DNA of 64,000 nt, taken from Candidatus Latescibacterota bacterium (GTDB taxonomy: Bacteria > Latescibacterota > UBA2968 > GCA-2709665). The translations under genes and the position numbers were made by a program. The notes under the pieces were generated by a model. The model had not been told where the DNA came from, did not search any database, and saw nothing but the letters and a program-made list of their open reading frames with translations. The stretch spans positions 3,968,001 to 4,032,000 of the forward strand of contig OZ250150.1 in NCBI GenBank assembly GCA_965237675.1, given 5' to 3'. This document shows, piece by piece, positions 48,303-58,345 of this stretch (its first letter is position 1; each line of letters opens with the position of its first letter).

Positions 48303-49196
48303 CTACGCCTGGCACGCCTCAAGTTCCGAAAGAACGTGTTCCCTCGCTTCCGACGCGCCCCGGCCAATAAAAACGAGTTCTGTCCGATCCGCACCGAACG
48401 GCTCCAGCGCCCACCTCCCGCCTGCAAAATTGAATAGAAATGCGCCTTCCCCGCACCTCAGGAACCCCTTCGCGCGGTAGACGGTCTTCGGCATGGAATC
48501 CGCGACGCGTTCGAATTTCGCACGATCCAAAACCGTGTCGGATACGAAGTCAAAGCTGTCGATTTCCCCCAGGTTACGGTGTGCCGTTGCGGCGCGTACG
48601 GACCGGGGCGATCTGACTTCGAAACCGAAAAGAAGCCCCGTGTCGACTTCGCATTTCAAGGTTCGCAAAACCGCAGCTTCGGGGTTCACCCGCCGTAGTT
48701 GTGCTTCTACCGCGTCCACGTGGCACGGCGTGACCAGATCCACTTTGTTTAACAGCAAGATATCCGCCGCTTCAAACTGGGTGGTTGTCACGTATCCCAA
48801 ATCGGGAAACCGGACCATCAAATCCGCGTCCGCGATGACCACCACGCTGTCCAGACGAACGCCCGGCAGATTGTCCTGCACGTCAAAGATAACCGCATCC
48901 GGCTCCGCAACGCCGGTGGTCTCAACCGCAATCAGTTCCGGACCCACCATATCTACGATCTCGTTAATGGCCTCCTCGAACTCCCCCGCCAGCGAACAGC
49001 AGACACAACCTCCGGCCAGTTCGGTCATTCGAATGTGTTTTCCCTGCACCACCCTGCTATCGATGGCGATTTCTCCAAATTCGTTCATCAGAATCGCTAC
49101 TCGACGGTCGGCACGCGCCACAAGGTGCCGCAGCAACGTGGTCTTCCCACTGCCCAACGAACCTGCTATGAGAATCATCGAGGTCTTCACCGCCAC
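48303..49196 (-). CDS. CobW/COG0523 G3E GTPase (putative metallochaperone)
   Basis: GSLGSGKTT, NEFGE, GGCVCC, ETTG, NKVD, YRAKG, LVFIG. Confidence 0.92.
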   Translation of the reverse strand: MAVKTSMILIAGSLGSGKTTLLRHLVARADRRVAILMNEFGEIAIDSRVVQGKHIRMTELAGGCVCCSLAGEFEEAINEIVDMVGPELIAVETTGVAEPDAVIFDVQDNLPGVRLDSVVVIADADLMVRFPDLGYVTTTQFEAADILLLNKVDLVTPCHVDAVEAQLRRVNPEAAVLRTLKCEVDTGLLFGFEVRSPRSVRAATAHRNLGEIDSFDFVSDTVLDRAKFERVADSMPKTVYRAKGFLRCGEGAFLFNFAGGRWALEPFGADRTELVFIGRGASEAREHVLSELEACQA

Positions 49197-49285
49197 CTGC
49201 CCCTCCGGCCGTCCCGCGTCGGTACGGGATCGGGCGGCCGTCTGACGTTCAGGACAAACCGTACGGACGCAGTCTGCTTCCAGGC

Positions 49286-50743
49286 CTACCCCTTCACGTT
49301 TCCAATGGGCGAAAACCGGACCACCCGTCGGCTGAGGCCGGCCTGCTGTGTCGCTTCGATCACTTCGTCGATATCCTTATATGCGCCGCCGGCCTCTTCG
49401 GCAAGGCCCGCAAAGGACACGGATCGGACATAAATGCCGCGCGCTTCCAGTTCCTTTTGGAGCCGCTTCCCGTGAAACCGTTTGCGAGCTTTCGTGCGGC
49501 TCATCGTCCGGCCGCTGCCGTGGGCCGTCGAGAAAAACGCCTGATCTCCACCTCGCGTCCCGGCCAGCAGATAGGACCCGGTTTCCATACTGCCGCCGAT
49601 TATTACCGGCTGCCCGTAGGGTTTGTAGATCTCAGGGACGCCGTCCATACCCGGTCCGAAGGCCCGGGTTGCCCCTTTGCGGTGAACGAGCACCGACCGT
49701 TCCCGACCGTCCACCACGTGGCGTTCCAGCTTGGCGGTGTTGTGCGCCACGTCGTAGACCTGCCGCATCTCCATCTCTTCCGGGCTGCGTCCCAGCGCGT
49801 CGGAGAATACCTCCCGAATGCGATGCAGAATGACCTGTCGGTTGGCAAACGACATGTTTATCGCGCACTTCATCGCGGCGAAATAGTCCTGCCCCTCGCG
49901 AGAGTGAAAGGGCGCACAGGCCAGTTCCCGATCCCGAATAGAAATCCCGTACTTCCGCTGCATTACCTTCAGAAACACCCGCAAATTATCCGTCGCCACC
50001 TGGTGCCCGAAACCGCGACTTCCGCAGTGAAACATCACGACAACCTGGTTGGGAATGGTGATGCCGAACGCCCTGGCTATCGCTTTATCGAATACATGAT
50101 CGGGTTTTGCCACCTGTATTTCAAGGTAGTGGTTTCCCGACCCCAGGGTGCCTATCTGGTTGAAACCTCGCTCCACCGCCTTGCGGCTGATCTTCGACGC
50201 GTCCGCGCCCGAAACGCACCCAATCTCTTCAGTCCGTTCCAGATCCTCCTGCCACCCGTAGTGGTTGCGCACGCACCAGCGCGCCCCCTCCTGTACCACC
50301 GTGCGAAACTCGTCGTGAGAAATTTTCAGAAATCCCGTACTTCCCACGCCCGCGGGCACCCGCTTGAACAGATTATCCACGAGCTTCTTCAGGTGCGGCC
50401 TGACCTCGTCGTACGTCAGATTGGTGGTGACCAGGCGCATCCCGCAGTTGACGTCGAAGCCGATGCCGCCGGGCGAGATCACGCCCTGTTCGGCGTCCAT
50501 TGCCGCCACTCCGCCAATGGGAAACCCATATCCCCAGTGTCCGTCTGGCATACAAAAGGCGTATTTCAGGATACCAGGAAGCGTGGCCACATTGGTCACC
50601 TGCTCGATCACGCCCTGGTCCATTTCCGACATTAGCTTTTCAGTCGCATAAATGCGCGCCGGGACGAGCATCCCTTTTTTGTACGACATCGGGATCTCCC
50701 AGACGGTCGGCGATACCCGGGTCACCTCGGGCGGGATGGACAT
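49286..50743 (-). CDS. rtcB: RNA ligase RtcB (long, archaeal/eukaryotic-like type)
   Basis: MPDGHWGYGFPIGGV, GFDVNCG, GTLGSGNHYLE, HCGSRG, HNTAK, HRKGAT, HGSGR, EEA..AYK. Confidence 0.96.
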   Translation of the reverse strand: MSIPPEVTRVSPTVWEIPMSYKKGMLVPARIYATEKLMSEMDQGVIEQVTNVATLPGILKYAFCMPDGHWGYGFPIGGVAAMDAEQGVISPGGIGFDVNCGMRLVTTNLTYDEVRPHLKKLVDNLFKRVPAGVGSTGFLKISHDEFRTVVQEGARWCVRNHYGWQEDLERTEEIGCVSGADASKISRKAVERGFNQIGTLGSGNHYLEIQVAKPDHVFDKAIARAFGITIPNQVVVMFHCGSRGFGHQVATDNLRVFLKVMQRKYGISIRDRELACAPFHSREGQDYFAAMKCAINMSFANRQVILHRIREVFSDALGRSPEEMEMRQVYDVAHNTAKLERHVVDGRERSVLVHRKGATRAFGPGMDGVPEIYKPYGQPVIIGGSMETGSYLLAGTRGGDQAFFSTAHGSGRTMSRTKARKRFHGKRLQKELEARGIYVRSVSFAGLAEEAGGAYKDIDEVIEATQQAGLSRRVVRFSPIGNVKG

Positions 50744-50752
50744 TTCGTGCTC

Positions 50753-51703
50753 CTATGAATCGTGCTTGCTCTGTTCATAGTGTTTCTGCAACACGTCGAT
50801 GCCAAAATCGTTCTCCAGATCGCGCAGTACGGAGTGGATGTGGTTCCCGTCGTTCTGCGTATTGTCGTATTCCACCAGGTGGGTGGGGCCGTGGATCCGG
50901 TAGTAATGCTTCTCGCCCGGCCGTGTTCCGCCAGCCCACGCGAAGTGGAGCCGCTCCACCCCGGCCTCGCGAATGCGCTGCAGGTGTGCGTCGGCGACGT
51001 CCGTCCGGAGGTTTGTTGCATAGACCTCCAACAGACACAACAACGCCTCTTTCTGCGAGGGCGGCATCTCGGACGCTGGAAGGCCCATGGGGTCGCCGAT
51101 TCGGGCTTCCTTGCTGTTCCTGGTTAGAATGTCGCTCGGAGCCTCGTCCGCAATGCGAACCACATCCTTCAGATCCTCCGGCAGGGCCTTCAGGATACCC
51201 CGGGCCATGTCCTCTTCCTGGCTCAGCACGCGCCAGCCTTTCCGTTCTCCGGAGGGTACCCGCGCCGGATTCGAGCCCCAGAACGCCGGTGTGGACGCCA
51301 CCTCCATTCCCTTCGAGATGGAAAACGTCAGCGACAGATGGTGCCCGTCGATCCGCCAGCCCCACGCACCTCCCTTCTGCGAAAGGTCGCCGAAGAGCGT
51401 CAGGAAATATCCGTCGGGGTCCCGGTAGAGGTCCGACGGCGCCACCCCTTCAATTTGGGCCAGAATGCCCTCCAGAACCATAATGTCCACAGCCTTTTGA
51501 TATCCCGCGTCGCTGAGCGCGCATTTCAGCAGACGATGCGCCGCGTCGCGCTGCGCCCGCGACATTTCTCTGAAGGGCACGCCGTTTCGCTTTACCGGCA
51601 CGTAATTCCAGTTGAATCGCTCCTCGTGGTCGAACGGGTATAGAACCCGGCTCTGCTGGTCGGTGCTCAGTTCGTTCAGGAAGTCCTTGGCTGCTCCAAG
51701 CAT
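50753..51703 (-). CDS. DUF3500 domain protein
   Basis: ERFNWNYVP, WGWRIDGHHLSL, TPAFWG, YYRIHGPT.LVEYDNTQ...NHIHSVLRD; ATG 51703 with AGGAGG RBS. Confidence 0.88.
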   Translation of the reverse strand: MLGAAKDFLNELSTDQQSRVLYPFDHEERFNWNYVPVKRNGVPFREMSRAQRDAAHRLLKCALSDAGYQKAVDIMVLEGILAQIEGVAPSDLYRDPDGYFLTLFGDLSQKGGAWGWRIDGHHLSLTFSISKGMEVASTPAFWGSNPARVPSGERKGWRVLSQEEDMARGILKALPEDLKDVVRIADEAPSDILTRNSKEARIGDPMGLPASEMPPSQKEALLCLLEVYATNLRTDVADAHLQRIREAGVERLHFAWAGGTRPGEKHYYRIHGPTHLVEYDNTQNDGNHIHSVLRDLENDFGIDVLQKHYEQSKHDS

Positions 51704-51768
51704 GTCGTTCCTCCTCCTGTCGGGTGCGGGTTGCACCCGGGCATTAAGTACGTGCCACGACAATCGTC

Positions 51769-53835
51769 CTAATTGGACGTCTCGACGGTTGCCGCTTGGA
51801 ATACTTCTACCATTCCTGGCGTATTGGCCGGATCTCCGGCTCTCAGCGCAATCCGGATGGGGCCTGGACCCGATTCCGACGCAGCCAGGGAATCGACGGC
51901 CACACCCGTCGTCGGATCTACATCCACTTCGTACACGCCGTCCGGCTTCCAGAAGTCCCGCGACCCGCGGCCCGCTGTCGCTGCTTCCATAAACGCAGCC
52001 CAGATCGGCACGGCGTCGCGTCCGCCCGTTATCCGGGGCTGCCTGCCGTTTTTCCGGTCGAAGCCAACCCAGACGCTCGTCGCGAGATCGGGAGTAAAGC
52101 CTGTAAACCACGCGTCCGTATGGTCGTTTGTCGTCCCGGTCTTCCCCGCTGCGGGTCGAAGGAAACCCCGAGCCCCCACACCACGGCCCGTACCGTGCAG
52201 GACAACGTTCTGAAGCAATCGAATCATGACATAGGCATCGGAGGCGCTCACGACTGGAACGGGTTGCACCCGGTGCGCATACAGAACCCGCCCCCCTGAA
52301 TCTTCAATCCGCCGCACAAAAGTCGGCTCCACGCGAATCCCGTAATTGGCTATGGTGGCATAGACCGACGCCATTTCCAACGGTGAAACCTCGCTCGCAC
52401 CCAGCGCGATGCTCGGGTACGCGCCGAGGGGACTCCCAATACCCAGCCGTCGGCCCATTTCCACGACCCGTTCCGGACCGATCCGATTCAGGACCTGGAC
52501 ACTTGTGCCATTTGCGGACGTCACAAGGGCCCATGCCGCCGTGGTCAGACCCAGATACTGGTCTCTGAAATTTCTGGGCGTCCATGGCTTCCCGTTTACT
52601 GTGTAGGAACGGGGCGCGTCCACAAACAACGTTACGGGCGTAATCTTACCCGCCGTCATCGCCGCCAGATACACGACCGGCTTGAAACCCGAACCCGGCT
52701 GGCGCCGGGCGGCTGTTGCCCGGTTGTAGTAGCTTACGAAGATATCACGGCCGCCCACCAACGCGCGCACGTATCCCGTCGCCGGTTCCAGGCTCACCAG
52801 AGCGGCCTGGATGTATTCCTGCCTACCGTCCCTGCCAGCCTTCTCATACTCGCTGAATCCAAGCCTCGCATCCACGTCTGCAAGTCCTTCCGCCACAGAC
52901 CTTATTGCAGCCTTCTGCATGCTGAAGTCCAACGTCGTATGGATACTCAAGGCTCCAAAACTGAGGGCGGACCGTCCCCACCGGCGCACGACCTCTTCCT
53001 TGATGATTTCGACGAAATACGGTGTCCGATTCCGGTCGCGGAGCCGCCGGGCAAGAACCGGTGAAATAGCAAGGGCCTGGTTCAGCGCATCCCGTTCCAG
53101 GAAACCCGCCGCGTGCATGCGCCGCAGAACGTGAGCGGTACGCCGCGCGGCCTGCCGCCCGCCGTCACGGAACGGGTTCAACGCGCTGGGCGCGTTGGGC
53201 AGCCCGGCCAACATGGCCGCCTCCGTCAAACTCAGGTCCGCGGCGGCCTTGCCAAAAAATGTCTGTGACGCATCCTCCACGCCGTAGGCATTGGTTCCGA
53301 AGAAGCTTCCGTTGATATAAATTTCCAGCAATTTGTCCTTGGACGCTTTCCCGTACAACCTTTCGAATAATGCCTCCAGTTGCACGGCCAGCAGCACCTC
53401 CCTCGCCTTCCGAAGATAGGTCTTCTCGCGGGTCAAAAAAAGATTCTTGACGATCTGCTGGGTAATCGTGCTTCCGCCTCTGACTCTTCGGAAATGCGCC
53501 AGATTGTCCAGGAACGCACCTGCAATGCCCTTGAGGCTTACGCCCCTGTGGCGGTAGAACGACTCGTCTTCGGTAGCAAGAACCGCCTTGATAAACCAGG
53601 GACTCACCTGGTCCAGCCGAACCTGCTTGATTCGACGGTTGAACGTAAAGAGCAACTCCCCGGTATCCGCGAAGATATTCACGCCCGCCTGGCTGCGCAA
53701 GGCGTCGGGGTCGGGCGGAATTCGGGGCAGGGTCGTCACGAGCCAGACGAAGCCAAGGCCCGTGAGGAGGAACACGTCGGCACCCAGAAGTATTCCTGTC
53801 CGGATCCAGTAATTCCGAATCGAGGTTCGGCGCAT
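51769..53835 (-). CDS. Class A penicillin-binding protein (PBP1A family)
   Basis: EDESFYRH.G, GGSTITQQIVKN, RKARE; RQPGSGFKP (SxxK), SAN, KTGT. Confidence 0.94.
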   Translation of the reverse strand: MRRTSIRNYWIRTGILLGADVFLLTGLGFVWLVTTLPRIPPDPDALRSQAGVNIFADTGELLFTFNRRIKQVRLDQVSPWFIKAVLATEDESFYRHRGVSLKGIAGAFLDNLAHFRRVRGGSTITQQIVKNLFLTREKTYLRKAREVLLAVQLEALFERLYGKASKDKLLEIYINGSFFGTNAYGVEDASQTFFGKAAADLSLTEAAMLAGLPNAPSALNPFRDGGRQAARRTAHVLRRMHAAGFLERDALNQALAISPVLARRLRDRNRTPYFVEIIKEEVVRRWGRSALSFGALSIHTTLDFSMQKAAIRSVAEGLADVDARLGFSEYEKAGRDGRQEYIQAALVSLEPATGYVRALVGGRDIFVSYYNRATAARRQPGSGFKPVVYLAAMTAGKITPVTLFVDAPRSYTVNGKPWTPRNFRDQYLGLTTAAWALVTSANGTSVQVLNRIGPERVVEMGRRLGIGSPLGAYPSIALGASEVSPLEMASVYATIANYGIRVEPTFVRRIEDSGGRVLYAHRVQPVPVVSASDAYVMIRLLQNVVLHGTGRGVGARGFLRPAAGKTGTTNDHTDAWFTGFTPDLATSVWVGFDRKNGRQPRITGGRDAVPIWAAFMEAATAGRGSRDFWKPDGVYEVDVDPTTGVAVDSLAASESGPGPIRIALRAGDPANTPGMVEVFQAATVETSN

Positions 53836-54677
53836 CAGGGATGCCCTCCCTTGTCACCGAACAGACCCTCTATTACCCCGGGTTCCACTTCGAATCTGAC
53901 CGAGGCACGTTCCGGATCGACATAAACCATCTCGCCGTGATAAATGCCGAGCCCGCTCTGAATCAGAATCTGGCTCACACGGCCGGATCGGTACGCTTTC
54001 AGTAAGCGGTGCCGCTCATCGGACCGGAAATGATCAATGAAATCCCTTGCCAGCCTCTCACGCACATCCGCCCGGATCGAATCCGCTATGGCCATGGAGT
54101 CTGCTTCGGCGCGCCATTCGCTCTCACCCGCGTGGCGATACAAGGCGTCGACCCGCCTCCGTATCGGGGCCCGGTAACGGACGTCCGGGAGACTTGCCAT
54201 CCTCAGAAGGGAAAGCCCATTTTTGAAAGCGCGAACACTTCCAATCAGTTCCCGCGGTTCCCGTCGCGCGTCCTCGGAGAGTTCCGTTCGCCAGATTGCC
54301 ACAAGAGTGGGCAGACCGGACTCCGGCACGCGATTCATGTCGAAGCGGGCGGCCGCCACGGCTTGCGGAAGGCCGCCGGCCACGGGCGTTTCCACCGTCC
54401 GCAACGAATCGCTCACCTCTGCCCGGGCGTCCAGTTGCTTCCATATGGCGCCCGTCCTGGCGCGCCTGTCGTTCATCTTATCCAGCGCCTCCCCCACCCA
54501 TCGGGCGATACGGTTGCTCCGATATTCGATGTAGAACAAAAGCGCGCCCAACGTAGCCAGAAACAGCACCCCGGCCACAGGAAGCACCGTGTTCCCGAAT
54601 CTCAACGGCGACCACCGTTCCTCGATCACCCTCCGGACGCGACAGGCACCCCGGTTGATACGATGCGGGAGACTCAT
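53835..54677 (-). CDS. Hypothetical membrane-anchored protein
   Basis: 280-aa ORF with one N-terminal TM segment; stop overlaps the PBP start. Confidence 0.65.
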   Translation of the reverse strand: MSLPHRINRGACRVRRVIEERWSPLRFGNTVLPVAGVLFLATLGALLFYIEYRSNRIARWVGEALDKMNDRRARTGAIWKQLDARAEVSDSLRTVETPVAGGLPQAVAAARFDMNRVPESGLPTLVAIWRTELSEDARREPRELIGSVRAFKNGLSLLRMASLPDVRYRAPIRRRVDALYRHAGESEWRAEADSMAIADSIRADVRERLARDFIDHFRSDERHRLLKAYRSGRVSQILIQSGLGIYHGEMVYVDPERASVRFEVEPGVIEGLFGDKGGHP

Positions 54678-54759
54678 GGCCTTTGCATGTCGTCAAAAAA
54701 ATCCCGGAACAACGCACCTGCTGCTGTTACGGGATCGGTGGGCGGAAAACTGGAGGAAA

Positions 54760-55782
54760 TCAGGCGGCATCGCCCTCCATCTCCGGAACATATTTGCCGT
54801 AGCGTGCGGCGCTGTTGCAGCTTGCCCTGCGATAAAAAACACTCTGAGCCGCCGCCACGTTGGCGGCCTGTCCTTTCCAGACGGCCCGGGCCGGATCCTG
54901 TAACGCCCTTCCGTAGCAATAGCTGAGTTCCCACGGGAAGCCGCCAATCTGATTCATAGCGTTCAGGTGCCGTGTAGAAAGCTCCGGGCTCTGTCCTCCG
55001 GAAAGAAACACCACACCCGGAACCGAGGCAGGAACCGTGCGCCGCAAACACCGCACCGTCGCTTCAGCCACCTCCTGAACGCCCGCCTGTACCGGGCAAC
55101 GGGCGCCGGACAGGACCATACTGGCTTTCAGCAAAGTGCCTTCCAGAATCACCCCATGCTCTCCCAATTCCGAAAACACGCTGCGCAACACCGATTCCGT
55201 CACCTCTTCGCACCGCTCGATGGTATGATCGCCATCCATCAACACTTCAGGTTCCACAATAGGCACCAGCCCCGCCTCCTGACACTGGGCGGCGTAACGG
55301 GCAAGGGCGTGCGCGTTGGCATGGATACACGCCCGCGTGGGAATCCCATCACCGATGGCAATGGCAGCCCGCCATTTGGCAAACCGGGCGCCTCTCTTGT
55401 GATACGTTTCCAACCGGGCCCGGAGCCCATCCAGACCCTCGGTTACCTGTTCACCCGGAAAGCCGGCCAACTGCACGAGCCCGGTATCCGCCTTGATACC
55501 GGGAATCATCCCCCGGTCGGCCAACAGCCTGGGAAACGGCAAACCGCCATTCGCGGCTGTGTTCAGCGTCTCCTCGTACAGAATAACGCCGCTGATAAAG
55601 GCCGCCAGATCCGGGGTCGTGAACAACATTTCGCGATACGCACTTCGCACTTCTGCCTTGGATTCCAGGCCGATGTCTGCAAAACGCTTCGTGATCGTTC
55701 CCCTACTCTCGTCCGCCGCCAGGATTCCTCTTCCCGCCGGTACAAGCGCGCAAGCCGTGGTCTCAAGTTCCGCTCTTGACAT
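54760..55782 (-). CDS. Fructose-bisphosphate aldolase class I (eukaryote-like family)
   Basis: GILAADES, FAKWR, LVPIVEPEV, GTLLKASMV, FLSGGQ, YGRALQ. Confidence 0.95.
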   Translation of the reverse strand: MSRAELETTACALVPAGRGILAADESRGTITKRFADIGLESKAEVRSAYREMLFTTPDLAAFISGVILYEETLNTAANGGLPFPRLLADRGMIPGIKADTGLVQLAGFPGEQVTEGLDGLRARLETYHKRGARFAKWRAAIAIGDGIPTRACIHANAHALARYAAQCQEAGLVPIVEPEVLMDGDHTIERCEEVTESVLRSVFSELGEHGVILEGTLLKASMVLSGARCPVQAGVQEVAEATVRCLRRTVPASVPGVVFLSGGQSPELSTRHLNAMNQIGGFPWELSYCYGRALQDPARAVWKGQAANVAAAQSVFYRRASCNSAARYGKYVPEMEGDAA

Positions 55783-55874
55783 CTATTGCAACCTCATTTT
55801 TGGTGTTTGACCAAATACCGGTTTCACGTTATAGAATATACGTTATAATCGGCCGTTGTCCAGCAGATTCCGGC

Positions 55875-57236
55875 CTATCTTCGAGGGTCCCCTTCAGAAT
55901 CCGCAGCACGGATCCAGACCCGCACTTCCGCTAGTGAAGGCTTTCGTGCATCGAATTTCAACTCGCTAATTCGCCCATAAAGCGCTTCTGCGTCCGCGCC
56001 CGCCAGGCCGGCAACACGATCAATGCCGGCCTTCTGAAGCAGCGTCGCCGCACCGCAGCCCATTCCTTTATGAATTGCGAGTTCGGCGTGGCTGAAGGCG
56101 CGTTCCAGCCGCATGGCATCGACACCGGCGGCCTCGGCGAGAGTTGGGACTTCCAGAGTTCTGGCGGACCGGTAGAGACGCTCCGGCGTGCAAATACCGG
56201 CGGCACGCAGCCGTTGTCGATCCTGCGCTTCCAACCCGGCCAGTTCGGTCATCAGAGGGCGCCTGGACTTCAGGGTCTTCTTCTGCACCATCCGAAAAGT
56301 CCAGACGCTGAATAAAATCGCCAGGGCGACCGCAATCCAGTAGCGATATCTGCGAGCGGGCCGGGACGCGCTCCCTCCTTCCCAGGTTCGCCCTTCCCTC
56401 AGGGTGTGACACAACAGCCCGTAGCAAGCAAACCCGTTGACGGCCAGAACGGGAAACCCGAGGAATCCGGGCAAGGGCATTTCAAATAGTTTCCACCCTT
56501 CCAATCCGGGTACGGTGTAAATCCACTTGCACCTCGCCCAGTAGTTGAATCCCTCCCAGATCACACCTGCCCACGCTCCCCCGCACATAAGGCGCAGCAG
56601 CCTCGCCGGGCGCCCACGCTCCAGATCGCGCAACAGCGAAGGTGCGCCCAGCCGGTAATTGACCGCCTCCGGAATGCCAAGAGTCGCTCCCCAGACCATC
56701 CAGAAGGCATACCGTGGCCAGATCAGCGGCAGAATGGCACAGGACGCACCTACAGACCACAGTATCGCCTCTATCTTCCCGGTCGAGCGGAGACCACGCC
56801 ATTCGATCCCGTTGAACCAGCCCCGTGCTTTCATCCATTCAGCATGAGCGAAACAGGCGGGCAGCACGGTTGCAAAAGCCGCGGCCGAGAATACGAACCC
56901 CCAGGTATCGGACCGCATCCCGAAGACGTAGTACCAGTTTTCAATGGCCAGATTGTAGGCCTCGTACACATACCAGAATGGTACCGACCAGAAAAGCAAA
57001 GCGACCGTCTCTCTGCGACGGTCGCGCAAAAACGAGTGGCCCTGAGTGTGAAGGAACACCCCATCCAGAACCAGCAGATATCCATACCAGGCGGGTACGT
57101 ACCAGATCGTATTCCAGATGGGGATATCGGCTGCCAACAACCACACGCCGGCCCCAAATACGCCGATGCCGAGATACCCCCACCATGGAAACGCCCGCCA
57201 GGATGCGGTATTCGATTCAGATCGGGTCAAAACCAC
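55875..57236 (-). CDS. Multi-TM membrane protein with C-terminal DUF4332-like (HhH) region
   Basis: Several TM helices, WEGFNYWA..KW.Y...LFEMP..GFLGFP; C-terminal G.G...A.LLQKAGI. Confidence 0.7.
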   Translation of the reverse strand: MVLTRSESNTASWRAFPWWGYLGIGVFGAGVWLLAADIPIWNTIWYVPAWYGYLLVLDGVFLHTQGHSFLRDRRRETVALLFWSVPFWYVYEAYNLAIENWYYVFGMRSDTWGFVFSAAAFATVLPACFAHAEWMKARGWFNGIEWRGLRSTGKIEAILWSVGASCAILPLIWPRYAFWMVWGATLGIPEAVNYRLGAPSLLRDLERGRPARLLRLMCGGAWAGVIWEGFNYWARCKWIYTVPGLEGWKLFEMPLPGFLGFPVLAVNGFACYGLLCHTLREGRTWEGGSASRPARRYRYWIAVALAILFSVWTFRMVQKKTLKSRRPLMTELAGLEAQDRQRLRAAGICTPERLYRSARTLEVPTLAEAAGVDAMRLERAFSHAELAIHKGMGCGAATLLQKAGIDRVAGLAGADAEALYGRISELKFDARKPSLAEVRVWIRAADSEGDPRR

Positions 57237-57247
57237 GTAAGGAAGCC

Positions 57248-58204
57248 TCAGGGGCCCGTAAGGTCATCTGTGGCCACACTGGCGGGATCAGGTGTTTCAA
57301 GGGTCCAGACATCGTTGTAGACGACGCTACCCGCGATGGACCCGCTGTACCCCCCGAGTAGCCAGATCCTCTGTCGAAAGTCGAGGCAGGGGAACGCGTG
57401 GCGCACCCCCCACGGCGCGGCGCGATGACAACGCTGCCATGTCCGGCCGTCGCCGGAACACCAGACGTCGTTCATATTGATGGACGGTTCGATGGCCCCG
57501 CCGGCAATCCACATCCTGCCGGCGTAGACAAAGGATCCGTGGAACCGGCGGGGCCCCCATCCGGCATCGACCGCCTCCAGTTGCCAGGTTACTCCGTCCG
57601 ACGAACACCAGACATCGTTGTAGTTGATCCGACGATCGTCGTAGTTTCCCCCTCCGAGAATCCACATCTTATTTCTGTGTTCGACGGCGGGAAACATGGC
57701 GCGCGGCGCCCATGGGGAGCGCTTCGCAACCCGTTCCCACCGATGCCCGTCTTCCGAGCACCAGACGTCGCCGTAATGCGCCTTTTGCTCCCAGTTGAGC
57801 CCGCCGAGAACCCAGATCCGGTTATCGTAAACCAGGCTGCCGAAGGCGCCGCGACAACCCCACGGGGCGCGATGCGTCACGCGATCCCAATTTCGGCCGT
57901 CGCTCGAACACCAGATGTCGCCGAGCGTATTGACGCCGTCGAATCCGCCCATCAACCATATTCGACCACGCAAGACCACACAGCCCGCAAGATTTCGGGC
58001 GGGCCACGGCGCTGTCGGCAACAGGCATTCCCACGTCAGGCCGTCGGTAGAACGCCAAACGTCGTTGAGGCGCGGGAATCTTTCCGGGCCCAGCATCTGC
58101 CAACCACCGAGCAACCAGACCTGATCCCTGAAAACCGCGGCGCCCGGCGAATCTCTGGGCGGCCAGGGCGCGCATTCGGTGATTCGGTTCCAATTCGCGG
58201 CCAT
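57248..58204 (-). CDS. Kelch-like beta-propeller repeat protein
   Basis: Six repeats of APW..R...V....W.LGG....NDVW.S.DG..W; start ATG 58204. Confidence 0.85.
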   Translation of the reverse strand: MAANWNRITECAPWPPRDSPGAAVFRDQVWLLGGWQMLGPERFPRLNDVWRSTDGLTWECLLPTAPWPARNLAGCVVLRGRIWLMGGFDGVNTLGDIWCSSDGRNWDRVTHRAPWGCRGAFGSLVYDNRIWVLGGLNWEQKAHYGDVWCSEDGHRWERVAKRSPWAPRAMFPAVEHRNKMWILGGGNYDDRRINYNDVWCSSDGVTWQLEAVDAGWGPRRFHGSFVYAGRMWIAGGAIEPSINMNDVWCSGDGRTWQRCHRAAPWGVRHAFPCLDFRQRIWLLGGYSGSIAGSVVYNDVWTLETPDPASVATDDLTGP

Positions 58205-58345
58205 CTTGTACATGTACGGCGGGCAAACCCTCAGGTCTGCCCGTCTTCCCTTTTTTGTTTTCCAACTTTGCGTTTTTCCGATATATTCTACAACTGTTGC
58301 CACTAAAGTCTTAAACCGGAAAACCCCAGGCGGAGTCGCGATCTT

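Noticed and set aside
51704-52111. Long N-terminal extensions in the ORF track (DUF3500, Kelch 58205-58381, beta-barrel 61096-61380, hydrolase 15286-15375)
   Set aside because: They overlap neighbouring genes or repeats; downstream ATG starts fit the domain boundaries better, most with an RBS.
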